Positions 50,401 through 61,989 of a stretch of DNA of 64,000 nt are shown here, in pieces. The notes below the pieces were generated by a model. It was not told the DNA's origin. It searched no databases and saw only the letters and a list, made by a program, of their open reading frames with translations. Both the position numbers and the translations under genes were made by a program. How positions within the stretch are numbered: the first letter of the stretch is position 1; every line of letters starts with the position of its first letter. The stretch is from Phoronis australis (taxonomy: Eukaryota > Animalia > Phoronida). Where the stretch lies: assembly GCA_002633005.1 (NCBI GenBank), contig NMRA01000432.1, positions 290,674 to 354,673 on the forward strand, read 5' to 3'.

Positions 50401-53400
50401 TATCCAGACTAAAAATGATTGCAACGTTTGAGTTAGTTATAAGTTGCTAGATACAGTGAGTTAATTATAAGATGCTAGATGCGAGTTAAATATAAGTTGC
50501 TAGATACAGTGAGTTAATTATAAGTTGCTAGATACAGTGAGTTAAATATAAGATGCTAGATACAGTGAGTTAAATATAAGTTGCTAGATACAGTGAGTTA
50601 AATATAAGATGCTAGATACAGTGAGTTAATTTTAGCTGCTGAACCAGTAGCACCATCAGTGGTATTTCAGGCTTTTTACAGCCAGAAATTTGTACAATAA
50701 ATTCAAACAAATGATAAAAACACAATACTGCTGCTTTGGAAAAGCAAACATTCTGGTGAACAAAATTATTCTTTCACACCTGAGCATGTTTTATAAACTT
50801 TAATAAATGAGTCATCTCATACCTCATAAACTTGTCCAACTTGATAATCAGTGAAGCGTATCACGGAAGGAGAGGCTATAAATATCACACTGTCCTCAAC
50901 TCTGAAACAATTTGAAAGCGTAAACATTACAATTAATTTTGCAACAACATAACAATTATTTCAAGAACATCTCATTGCACTACACTGCATTTGGTTTATT
51001 ATAAAATGATATCTTGGCCACAATGTATAGGGAGTGACAAGCATTAATGACAAGCATTCGACGTACGTGTATTGAGAGTGTAAATACACAAAACGTGCCG
51101 AGAGTGGTGTACATGAAGTAATATCCCATGAGACATTATTCCGCGTATCGACCTCAACCTTCGGTCTCGGTTGATAAGCGGAATAAGGTCGAGTGGGATA
51201 TTACTTCCTGTACGCCAATCAAGACATCTGTATTTATCCCATGCGCTTCGAATTCCTTAGTTTCTTAGTCGGCAGATTTTTCAAATACTTCACTCAGACT
51301 GTTCACATGGCGGATCACATCCTATATGTATGTACTTGCGTTAGGTTGCAAGTTTTCTCTTGTAAAAGAAACAGTTTTAAAAGTAACGATTTATTTCTTG
51401 AAAAGAGGAAACAAAGATGAACAACGGCAACAGTGAACTTGTAACATCTCCTGGAACTAGTTAAAAAACAACAATATTTGATTTTAGTTTCCTAGGAATC
51501 GACGCCTGAGTTGCAGATGATATAGAATTCAACAATTGAAAACTGAGACATAAGTGTCTTATTATTAACGGTTTTGTTCCAGATTTTACGTTTAGGGCTC
51601 GGTTGCACGACGAGTGTTAGTTACACTGCTGCAACTGTATTACTTTAAACTATAATCGGAAAGTTTGAGTATCGAACCGGCTGAAGACGTCGAGTCGACA
51701 TATGACCTACCTTTTGAACTTTCCATGTCAGAGGTCACTGTTGAAGTAGTGCGGGGGTGAATACGGAAAACTTTATTACATGGCCGTATTTCCCTCGACA
51801 GATTCAACGTGTATGGGATAAAAGTGATTTCTGTCTGATCTAACCCCAATTTTGTTTGCTTCATGAGGGCCCAACTTGATGAAGATAAATGTAATTTCTA
51901 CCACCCAATGGTAATTTGCTGGTTTATGGCATGCATCTCATGAACAATTTATCTCACAATAGTGTTTATTTGGGACAAAAAAAATCGGGACAAAAAATCA
52001 CAATAAACTTTAAAGCTGCATTTCATTTCTATTTAGCTAGCTGTCACTGTTGAGTTCTTAATTGAAACGCTTTGTGGTAGAAAAACCACACTCATCTATT
52101 CTTGATTTGTTGCCAAATGAGCCACTTAGTAAAGTCGCAGGCAATGCGTGCATGTGTCATTTTTAAATTCTCAATTCTAGAGCTACCCATGCAACCCCAA
52201 CAAACTCTGAAGTGTTTCCTTGAGTCACTGTTGGTTTTGATGTTCTTGTGGGTAACAGATTAGTACCTTATCACGGTAAGGAGTATCATGAGACCAATTT
52301 TATGAGAGTGAAAGTATTCAACAGGCTGAAATTCACTTTTAATTAATATGATGCAAGAAGAACCTGCTACTATAATCACCATTCATATCGCATATGAACA
52401 GTAGTTGGTGCTGAAATTTTTCACATACTGCTTGTTTATGAAACACATCGAACCACAAAGGACACGACACAACATACGTCTTGAAGTACTTTAAGCAAGT
52501 AGGCCAACTACATGATTCACAACAAAAGGTGGAGAAGCCATATAATTGATCCCCTATAACTATCTCGCAGGAATGAGAAAAGTTGCAAGCTGTAAAAACA
52601 ACAAGACAGGATTGATAACCACCAATCTTTGTTAAAGACTCAACTTGAGAGTGGACAAATTGAGTGGCACACTTTGGGTTAACATTCACATTTCATGCAA
52701 CGTGATTGGTCAGTTGTTCATTTGAGTAAAGTTTGGTTGATGCGGGTAATGGTTGAAAATCTAATGGACAACTTATATAAGTAACTCGGTATAAGTAATC
52801 AACCGAAATCAAGACATACTGTTTTTTCTGTGGTTTGGGTTTGATGCAAAACTCTTTCGGGACCTTTTTCTGTGACTTGATCAACAGCTTGGGTTCATCA
52901 TCGCCAACCTTCCTAAAGCGAGGGTTCTTCAGGTAGTCAGCCTTAGCCTGCATATCAGCCAGGTCAGCCCTGTTAATCATACGTTGTTCTGTGCTCAGCT
53001 GCTCCTTCCAGCTGTACTGCTTGTGAAACTGGGGATTCTAAAACCATGCACAAAAAAGGATGATCCCTTGTGTATACAAAAAGTAGAAGAATTAAGGTAA
53101 AGAATCTAGTGCTAATCCTTGTGTTGCACTTCCCACTACTTCCTCAACAAGCAGGTAGGATGCAACAGTGATAAATTAGGGATACTCCAAGAACATATAT
53201 CAGTGTCCAGATAGGACTTAAAGTTTGGTGCATGCATTCCACCAAGCTGCTATTGAATTGGCGATTCCACATTCAAGAATGTTAAGATGGTGAACTAACA
53301 AACAGTTTTTTATGCTACAACAAAATATATCTATGTACTGCTGTGATACATAAATGTAATAAAATGAACATGCAGTTGCAGTATCAAAAAGTTAAACATG

Positions 53401-55680
53401 GCTGCATTTTAATTCAAATAACTGTCTGAAGACAGATGAAAACAATGTTAAAAAGGAAAAGCAAAAAAAATACACATACTGAATCATAAGCAGCCTTTGT
53501 ACTCTGCAGCAGCTCTGGCTGAGTCTGGAGTGTTTCAGAACTGATGTGAACATCTCCTTCCAAGTCCATTGTGTCATATTCACGATCATCATCAAAGTTA
53601 CCAGACACTCGGTTTTGAAAACTCTTTGTTTCTTGGGCATATCCAGGGATTGTTGGGGCTAAAAGTAACAAACCATAACTGTAATTCTTGATGTCTAAGC
53701 TCCATCAGTTACAAACATTATGCTCCCGTGCTGTAGGGTGAGTTTCCTGATTTCACTGATCGGGAACTGACGGGTTAAAGCCATGTCGTTATCACTTCAA
53801 CAGTGATAACAAGGGGAGAAAGCTGACAAACCCAATATTTACATAGTCCAGTGCTCTCATTGTCTGCGTTCATCTGATCAGCTTATGTAATCCAGCAATT
53901 ATGTTGTAAACAGCGCGTCTAATGCTAACCAATATCCTATAAAAAATACTATTTCCAAATGATGTCGTGAAGAAGATGTGTTTTTTATGAAATTTTGTCA
54001 CCAAAAAACTTCAGACAGAGAAAACCAGTTGACTTTCAGAGAAATTAGACTTAACTTTCCCCTGCTGATTCCTCTGTGTGGCTTAAAGCTCTGACCCACT
54101 TGCTTCCACAGCATTGTGTAAGAATAAAATGGACTTGTTCGTCAAGTTTCATTGAACGTGATAATAGATCAGATCCTGATGTTAAAAATTTCTTGGTTAT
54201 AACAGTCCATGAGAATGGTACACAATGAAAACTATACATTTTGAAACCAAAAACCTGGTAAATCCACCCAGACTGTCATCCGCATTGGTATTGAGGAAGG
54301 AGTGATGATGAACAAATGGGTAACTAGTACATCATGTGAAATCATTACATCCCAAGGCAAAGAATCGGAACTTCACAGCAAACGTTTACATAAAGTTCAA
54401 ATTTGTGGTTCCCTAGTGAGCGTAAACACTACACACCTTTTGGAGGGGGGACGGGGGCGGGCTCTTCTGTGGAGAAGTCATCCGGGCAAATCAGGTCATG
54501 CATCTTCAGCAGCTCATTGTCAATCACTGACCGGAAGTGAGATCGGGCTGAAAATAAAGTGATGACATTCACAGTTTAGTCCCTACGGTGTGAGGTCTGT
54601 TTCTGTCAACTTGATTATGTGGGACAGGTACAATCAATCTAATTACACGTAGTCCTCATCGATCACTAATTCACTATGTCAAAAACATTATACATTTTCT
54701 GGTCGTCTCAAACTGAATGTTATTCACATCAATTACTAACAGTAAAAGACATGATGCAGTGAACTCAGTGTTCACTACTTTTAAAGCATTTAAACAGTAC
54801 TAAAAACTAAGTTTGATAAAAAATGAACTAAAACACTGTAGGGCTTGGGCTAACTTACACAGCTGGCAGGATTGAAATGTACCCACCTGGAGGCAGCCCC
54901 AAATCAGCATGCATTAAATTGCCATTTCCCGATCCAAGTCGATTCATCTCTCGCTCATCAGCAGACATTGCACGTGCCTGTGCCTGCATGATGTGTCTCT
55001 CCAACATGGCTGCTTCAGCAATGCGGCGTTCTCGCTCTTGATGTACCTAGTAACCAACAAGCAGTATCAGTTATAACTGTGACTAACCTTATAAATGTGA
55101 AAAGGGTCAAGGTTGCATGAAATGATACGATGCATAACAACATTGAAGTCACACTGATGTCAGCCATGCTAGTTCACAGCACGATGGAACGCATTTCTTT
55201 CATTTGGTTAATTTCCAACCACTCTTTGTAAAGCATTTGCTAAAAACTGGATCTAGCTACTGATAGCCAATGCTGCTCATGCAGTTATGATCAGATACAA
55301 CATCAGTGTAGAACATCTCGTTATAGTTTTTGCAGGCATCACATGCACATGGAAGTATTTTCAAACACCCAAGGGATTAAACAAGACATATACGGTGTCG
55401 TTTCTCAGGATTAAGTTGAAATTTCAGGAAAAGACGAGATTGCATTTACCTGCTGTAAGGCTTCAACATATCGTTGATGGTATGCATTGTCTTGATTTCC
55501 TTTGGAGATTTCCAGGTTCTTCACCATCTCTGGACTGACCACGTCACGTGTGAATAGATCCCTGAATGTTTTCGCTAGTACATGTGACACATCCTGGGAC
55601 GTACTGGATGATGGTCTCTGAAGATACATGGGCCATTCATTGGCACGGCCACTAGTTTTTCTTTCTGTGTAGGCAGGCAT
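26459..55680 (-). CDS. DLEC1: DLEC1 (CFAP81), deleted in lung and esophageal cancer 1 ortholog; ciliary central-apparatus protein with Ig-like ASH-type domains, ~35 coding exons
   Basis: Phase-consistent exons on - (approx.): 55680-55450, 55046-54887, 54547-54437, 53658-53480, 53037-52820, 50901-50823, 49617-49529, 48761-48587, 47561-47428, 47009-46825, 46472-46310, 45040-44847, 44195-44090, 43058-42918, 42463-42371, 42146-42016, 40966-40799, 40335-40192, 39672-39407, 38879-38750, 38443-38261, 37961-37885, 37622-37471, 36767-36661, 36234-36164, 34235-34106, 33729-33505, 32689-32565, 31707-31616, 31329-31254, 30908-30723, 29438-29298, 28770-28617, 27453-27330, 26582-26459. DLEC1-like motifs: PSSSTSQDVSHVLAKTFRDLFT, MLERHIMQAQARA, YLKNPRF, GLVAPGMSCRYSVRF, MVCDNCHV, YSDMWGRYTD, DFGVCLVGQ, C-terminal GQGSYDE. 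Confidence 0.93.
27470..27510. repeat. 14-bp tandem repeat x3 (tgtcaagagtaaat) just upstream of a DLEC1 acceptor
   Basis: Directly visible; about 15 nt from the exon start at 27453. Confidence 0.7.
27710..28429. mobile_element. TA-target MITE (Tc1/mariner-pogo-like) with perfect TIR and gggcggttaa/gggcgcttaa subrepeats
   Basis: TACCGTAAATGTTCGGGTTA ... TAACCCGAACATTTACGGTA; more than 10 internal GGGCG(G/C)TTAA copies. Confidence 0.85.
34787..35914. mobile_element. CACTA/EnSpm(CMC)-like non-autonomous element with subterminal repeat arrays
   Basis: Termini CCCTTATGAAAAAG / CTTTTTCGTATGGG with AA on both sides. Dozens of attctcact/agtgagaat motifs; the blocks agtgagaatctcactggattccagttagattccag and ctggaatctaactggaatccagtgagattctcact are inverted copies. 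Confidence 0.7.
36931..37325. mobile_element. TA-target MITE with an internal dimeric repeat
   Basis: TACCGTATTGCTGCACATTTAGGCCCA ... TGGGCCTAAAGGCACAGCAATATGGTA. Confidence 0.7.
41125..41412 (+). repeat. Diverged copy of the element at the window start (~420-720)
   Basis: Shares tgcaaaagtggaacatttta, caagataaaatct and gatgttc...agtcctac. Confidence 0.5.
43676..43940. repeat. ~61-bp minisatellite, ~4 copies
   Basis: Unit ccagtcatacaaaacaactgtatgacaactctagtcccacagatgacccatacatcatgcg. Confidence 0.85.
44519..44746. repeat. 16-bp minisatellite (gtaatgacaagtaaaa), ~14 copies
   Basis: Directly visible; it generates the repetitive ORFs at 44460-44860. Confidence 0.9.
45136..45307. repeat. 30-bp minisatellite (ttctacatagctgctaattctcaaaataaa), ~5.5 copies
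   Basis: Directly visible. Confidence 0.88.
50430..50631. repeat. 28-bp minisatellite (gagttaaatataagttgctagatacagt), ~7 copies
   Basis: Directly visible. Confidence 0.88.
51081..51822. mobile_element. Bipartite palindromic element: ~155-nt hairpin with a central CTTCGG loop, joined to a ~590-bp segment bounded by inverted repeats
   Basis: gtacatgaagtaatatccca/tgggatattacttcctgtac and ttattccgc/gcggaataa pair around accttcggt (51157-65); tttatcccatgcg (51233) pairs with cgtgtatgggataaa (51808-22). Confidence 0.6.
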
Positions 55681-55701
55681 TCTGAAAAAAAGTGAAATCT
55701 A

Positions 55702-55715
55702 GTTGTCATGGGAAC
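55702..55715. promoter_or_regulatory. RFX X-box-like motif in DLEC1 intron 1
   Basis: GTTGTCATGGGAAC fits the X-box consensus GTTRCCATGGYAAC and lies about 20 nt from the first coding exon of a ciliary gene. Confidence 0.5.
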
Positions 55716-55828
55716 AACAAATGAAAGCATAGAACAGTGCAGATCCCAATAACTTAGCTGCAGTGTTCACAAGGACTCCAAATAACTCCCATGTAAGAAT
55801 AACAAAACAACAACAGTAGACTGTATAG

Positions 55829-56648
55829 TACCGTGAGGGGTCCTAAAGTCGTGAGTGCCCTAAAGTTGTGAACGATCTTATTTCCTCTTCTGCGCGGTCC
55901 CACGACATCTGGCGTCGGAAGTTTCCTGCGTTAGTCTGCTTACAAACGTCAAACGAATACGCGGACGTGTTGGTATTCACACTATGATAACAAACAGTGA
56001 GTGAGTGGCTTCTTTTTTCAAATGTATCTTAAAAACAGCATATTTCACTAATCCACATCTTTGTGCATTTTTGGGATATATTTTCGAAAATATTCATCGT
56101 TCAGATTTACTCAAACACGTGCTCCAGGGGTAGCTTGAACAATGTATCAAAATGTCCAAGGGTCGATCAACTTTTGTAAGGCCAAAGCCATAAAATACAG
56201 AGAGATAATTGATGCTGGGTTCTTAGCGTTTTACGTGAACAACCTCATTGAAAATGTCTGTGCACATCAAAGTTGGGTGCAAAACATATAACAATTTACT
56301 TCAATTGAAACTGAATTAATAAACAATACAATGCATTTTTATGTTGTCTAGAGTAACTGTAAGCACTGTAGTTGACTTGTGCGGTCTTACTTCGTGCATT
56401 TGCGTCTAAATGAAACGGTTACGACTTTAGGGACTCATTCAAAATGGCCGGCGATATCAGCGACCGTCAGGGTTTAAAAACCCTGCTTACGGAGACAAAC
56501 AAGAATTAAGATTGTCAAAACACGTATATTTGTGGAGGCTGATATATGTACATGACATCACATGAGCAATTGCTAACGGACATAGGGTAGTATGACAAAC
56601 AGCTGCTTATTACGCTTATAGCTTAATTCACAACTTTAAGTCACCGGT
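55829..56648. mobile_element. Probable TA-target MITE in DLEC1 intron 1
   Basis: Left TACCGTGAGGGGTCCTAAAGTCGTGAGTGCCCTAAAGTTGTGAA; inverted motifs acgactttagggactca (56421) and ttcacaactttaag..ccggt (56627-48). Confidence 0.45.
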
Positions 56649-56833
56649 GTGCATGTATATATCAAATTGCAAATAACTAAATAATTAAATATTCACGTCA
56701 CCCTGTCATTTATCACTGATAATGTCTGGAGAAAGGTATCATTGGCTGCAGTGGGATTGTTCCTTTGAAGCTATGATGCAAAATAAAAACACGAAGAATG
56801 GTTCTCATTGACTTGTATTTGGAAGAAACTCAC

Positions 56834-57427
56834 CTTTTGATTTTCTTTCAGCGTCTTCAACAAGTTGAATTTTAACGTGTCGGAAGAAGATTACCACTTT
56901 CGGAAACTTAGAAGGCTAAAATACAGAATTACATCACACTTTGTAAACTTCACCTGCATAGTAAGACAAAAAAATCAACTTTAAGTTGAGTTTCTCGTTA
57001 AATAACCATGTTCGCCATTTTGACTCGATCTCCGTTGCTATGAGTTATGTATCTCCGAAATAGGAAACTTCAAAAGGGAAGACCGATAATTTTAAGTTCT
57101 TTTAGAGCATCATGCTTGAAAAGTTTACGAAAAATATTTTATTTTCGTAAGGCTATGATATTAAGCTAATGGGGATTGGGCTGTTGGACTGCTTACTTAG
57201 ACTCAGAATCGGATACTAAAACCTGGAAATTTGAGTACTTGGTATGCGACAGTGACATCTCGTGGTCCGATTGGCTTAGCTCCCTCACAGCTGGACGTGT
57301 CTCGCCAGAACCTCGTTGAGAGCCCAGCCAGAGTAGCCTGCCTGTGTGCAGGTAGCGGAGCAGCGCACCCGGCTACATGTTGCCTTGACGTGCTCATGGG
57401 AATTAAGCAGCTGTACACGCTAAATAA
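56834..57427. promoter_or_regulatory. DLEC1 non-coding first exon (donor at 56833) and putative bidirectional promoter shared with the F-box gene
   Basis: Minus-strand donor AG|GTGAGT; an in-frame stop before the downstream ATG implies a 5' UTR exon. YY1-like CGCCATTTT (57013-21), partial X-box GTTGCTATG (57034), CCAAT on - (gattgg at 57174 and 57269). Confidence 0.5.
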
Positions 57428-59698
57428 ATGATGGATTTGTTGCCAGAGAACGCACTCATTCAAGTGTTCTCCCTGCTGGACATAACCGATCTTTGCTTGT
57501 CTGCACGTAAAGTATGCACCAGGTACAGTTTTTTAAGTAAAACTAACTACACTCTTCCTTAAGTTTGCTGATTCAGTCATTAATCCTTCCACACTAAGTT
57601 TGTGTACCTTTCTTAACAGACTTGTTGACAGTGTTGTTACAGGTTTTTATTATCAGCAAAATCTAGTTTTGGAGAAAACTTCAGTGAAATTAGATTGTCA
57701 TCATCTCTTACAAGATGCCACAAAAATTTTAGCAAATAGTGCATGTTACATATGGGCGTGTATATTTGCTGTTTTCTAGATATCAATAGACTTTTTCCGC
57801 TGTATGTTACAACAGCCAGAGAATGATGCAGGACAATGATTGGCGACACTCATCTTCAGCGCCACCCAATGAATATGGAGTCTCCCATTGTTAAAAACAG
57901 TTGTATGAACTTCCATTTGAAATTTTACAGGTGGCATGCTATTTCCTTTGCCTCTAGTCTGTGGACAAAGGTGGATTTATCAAGGTACCACAGACATATT
58001 TCAACGCAGGACTACCTGAACTTCATGCAGTCTGTGTCTGACCATGTAGTCCAGCTCAGTGTAAAAGATTGTTGTCAACTCAGCGACTGTGCATTTTCTA
58101 GCAAAATATTCCATTGCAAAAAACTAAAAGAACTAGATCTGAGAGGTGTAGATTTATCACGTGACACATGGGCTTGTATCTTATCCAAACATCCTGATAT
58201 TGAAATCATTAGTTATGATTGCAACAGTGACATAATAGTGGATTGTTGTTCATTGCTCGGATTGTGTAGCCTTCGGCAATTGAAACTCGATGTCACATAT
58301 AACGACATGGATTCCTTGAAGCAAGTTCTTGTTCTAAACACAAATCTTGAGGAATTGTCTGTGACAGGAAGTGAACATGTAGATGATGCCTTGTTGGAGA
58401 TGATTTCCAGTACGGTCCCAGATATTACAGGCCTTGAATTAACAGACTGTGTGTTAGTATCAGATGATGCTTTTCTGTCGTGCGCTGAAAGATTCAAGTC
58501 GCTACAGGAGGTTAATATTTCCGGGACATATCTTGGAGATCAAAGCTTGTTAGCCATTGGGAAAGTTTGTGGTAAGAATCTGAGGTGTCTAGACATTAGT
58601 GCTTGTCGCAGAATTACGGACATAGGAATTATCTCCCTTGCAGAGAGCTGTGCCAGTCTTGCCAAATTTATTGTAAATGGTCCATCTTACCATATGTCTA
58701 CCAACAGCAATATTACAGACGTGGGGTTGAGGGCTATTGCTTTGAATTGCAGCAGTTTACAAAGAATTGACCTCATCATGTGCCCCAGTATCAGTGGAGC
58801 AGGACTTCTTGATGTTGTCTTAAAATGTCCAATACTACGCCACCTTAACATTTCGGGCTGTTTGCAGATTAGGAACGGTGATATGATCGAGGTGGCTAAT
58901 GTTGACAATGAACTGGAGTCGCTGATTGCAAATGGGTGTCTTCAACTGACTGGTCATGGAGTTAGCAGGATACTTAGAAAATGCCATAAACTCCAGCATT
59001 TGTCTCTTGAGACTTGTTTCAGTCTGTGCGATTTCAATCTTGCTGTGATGGGTAGTTATGGAACTAGAAAGGCCTTGTTATCAGGCTTTGGGAATGCTGA
59101 AATTATATCTCAAAATGAACATGAGTGCTTATCTAAATTAGCCGATTGTAGGATATTGGGAGGTAGTAACCAGATGAAGCACCTGGATTTACGTCTGTGC
59201 TCAAAGCTATCGGTGGAGTCACTGAGACAAATTACAGCATTCTGCCAACATGTCAAATTATTGGATTTGGCTGGCTGCTATGAGATTGACGACCAAGGAA
59301 TCTCATTCATCGCTAAAACACTCTACCGTTTAGAATATTTAGACATTTCTAGCATATCTGGTGTGGTGCCATCGGGAATTACCGACTTGTCTCTGCTCGC
59401 CATAGCCAAGCATTGTCGTCAGTTACAAACACTCTATGCAAGTCATGTCAGACTTGTAACTTTTGATGGCATAAAAGCTGTGCTCACTTCTTGTCCAAAA
59501 TTGATCCAGTTTGCTGGATGCCCTTCTGAAGAGTGTTGGGAAAAAACACAATCTTGTTTATTGGACACCAGGGGGTGCTACTACCTCAACTGCAGAGTGT
59601 TCAGATGTGGTGAGAGGAGACCTCCCTCATGTATTCAGCCTACTTCTGTTGTGTCATTTCCTGCTCTCTGCAGACTAAAACTGTGGACTTTTGAATAG
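57428..59698 (+). CDS. F-box/leucine-rich-repeat (FBXL-type, cysteine-containing LRR) protein, 2 exons, ~620 aa
   Basis: Exon 1 (57428-57522) encodes the F-box MMDLLPENALIQVFSLLDITDLCLSARKVCT. A phase-2 intron leads to exon 2 (57931-59698): RWHAISFASSLWTKVDLS then many LxxLDISxCxxITDxG repeats. Confidence 0.92.
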
Positions 59699-60123
59699 AT
59701 AAGGTTGGTACTGCAATTCTTAGAAGGATACCATGCTTGTTCTGGCTTATTAACAGCTACTAAAGATGACTTTCCCATCCAGTTCTTTAAAACAAAGTAA
59801 TGTCCTATAACCTTCCAGATTTATCAAAAATTTAGAGCAAACTTTGAAAACTCCTTTCAAAGTCTGCTAAACAGGCAGATGTGACCCACGCTTCTAGGGA
59901 ATTATGGGGCAACTTTTGTGAAAGACCACCTACCAAGAATCGTAATACCCAATCTCTGACATGGGGAGTATTTTATTTGCATCCTGGTGCCAATGATGCA
60001 TTAGCAGTGACAGAACAGGATTGGTTGAAATCATCAAAACAGGGTTTAGTGTCCTTTTAATTATTTCATAAAAAGAGTGTTTTAAACAAAAGGTTGGTTT
60101 ACAGTAGTTAGTCCACAATTTTA

Positions 60124-60357
60124 CAGGGCTTGGAATTTTCCTCTTTTGAGAGGATTTCCTCTCTTTTTTTGTTTCAATTTCCTCTTACGTGATTTCCAGT
60201 TTCCTCTTTTTATCATTATTTTGACTTTATCCATGTAAAATGCTTATTTCAGTTAAGTTTTACAACACAAAAAATATTTCCATCACACAAGCCTATTTGT
60301 GGAACAATACATCACTAAAATTTTGCTCTTTTTTGTCATTGATCATTCCAAGCCCTC
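60124..60357. mobile_element. hAT-like MITE
   Basis: TIR CAGGGCTTGGAAT / ATTCCAAGCCCT; internal ttcctct subrepeats. Confidence 0.55.
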
Positions 60358-61316
60358 ATTCTTAGACTAACTTCTTCCTAAAATAGTATAAAAAATCCTC
60401 CAGTACATGTATGCGTGGTTGTCCTTGAAAACAATTTGTACATTCACATTTAGTCATAACAATTAACATTTTGTATGGATTGCTTGACTATACAGTGTAC
60501 CAGTTCTCACTGAAAGTTTTCTCTCCTGACAAAATTCTCTATGAACAGTTGTCTTACCGACAATGTTACCAACAAAAGTAATCACTTTGGGATTTAGGAG
60601 TTCTACAACAGGTTCGTTTTCACTACACCAATCTGTTAATATAACTTTAAAACTTTAGTTACAATAACTACACACATGTTTGACTACAGGACCTCTTGTG
60701 CTGTTTCAGAATTAATTGGTCAAAACTTCATCTGCCCAGTTGGATTCCTTATGAAAAAGGTTTTTTATTAAAACTATTAAAATTCTTTATTGTCGGGTGA
60801 GAATTATGTTTTTGAAAAAAAATCAAACAATGAACAAATTGAGGGTGACTTTTTCATGGATGCTGTCCACCAATGGATCCCCTTTTCGAATCCACTCACC
60901 CAATGGTTGGTTATCTCTAAAGAAATAAATGTGCGCTCACTTACATGTGCCTTAAGCAAGGAAAACGTCTACAGGGATCAAGCATATCTGGCAAATATTT
61001 CCCCCACTGAGTCCATGGATATGTTTTGAAATGCAATTAGACTAGTTTGTGTAAGCTTGAAACTTAGCTATTCCGTATACTTAAAACAGTTGTTATGATA
61101 AATTAGGTACCCAGCATCATACTGTTCTCATACACCAGTCAATTGAGACATACATTTATGCTATAGAGCCGACTCCACGAAAGGGTTAACGCAATACACC
61201 TCGATGATATCTCCGCTTGAACTCCATGGGTACTCCCGGCTCAGGTGAAAAAAGAAGCCGGGAGCCGAGAGACCACCGAGAAAAATCTGCCAATGACTAA
61301 TAGTTCTGCAGAAGAA

Positions 61317-61542
61317 ATCAATGGGACGAGTGGATATATGTGTGGACTTTCATCATCAATGGGACTAGTGGATATATGTGTGGACTTTCATCATCAATGG
61401 GACGAGTGGATATATGTGTGGACTTTCATCATCAATGGGACTAGTGGATATATGTGTGGACTTTTATCATCAATGGGACTAGTGGATATATGTGTGGACT
61501 TTTATCATCAATGGGGCGAGTGGATATATGTGTGGACTTTTC
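61317..61542. repeat. 38-bp minisatellite x6 (atcaatgggac(g/t)agtggatatatgtgtggactttcatc)
   Basis: Directly visible. Confidence 0.9.
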
Positions 61543-61989
61543 GTGTGTGAACAAGGAAGACGACAAAACAACTTTAAAATGTTGATTAACAAATTCATGT
61601 GAAAGGATTTTTGTAGCTACAAATTTTGGTTATAGAAATGGGGCTGCACTTGTCGAAGCCATATAACTGTGGCTAAGTAGGCCCCAATAGCCAGTCGGGT
61701 GTCGGGAATTTCCGGCGCTCGAATCATTCTCGACTCATTCGGTAAGAACACTCTAAACAAATGCGTAATACGTCTCCCATTCTTAGGTACAGTAAGCTCC
61801 ACTAACGCTGCGACATGAACTGTGGGCTTATGAAATTGAATTTTTCGTAAAAAGTCCGGATAATTTTTACCCGCAGAAATGCAATGAAAATAACCAAAAC
61901 AGTAGGTTTGGTAATTACTTGAACAGTGTTAGATACGGTGTTTTTTCTGATATATGAACATATGAATATATTAATCTCGTCAAGAATGA

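Noticed and set aside
57836-57930. N-terminus of the 620-aa ORF in the supplied track
   Set aside because: Intronic. The true start is the F-box exon at 57428, spliced to 57931.
57428-59698. Naming the F-box gene FBXL2/FBXL20 (tempting because human FBXL2 is near DLEC1)
   Set aside because: It lacks the conserved FBXL2/20 signature (LCRCAQV..W..LALDGSNWQ) and is much longer.
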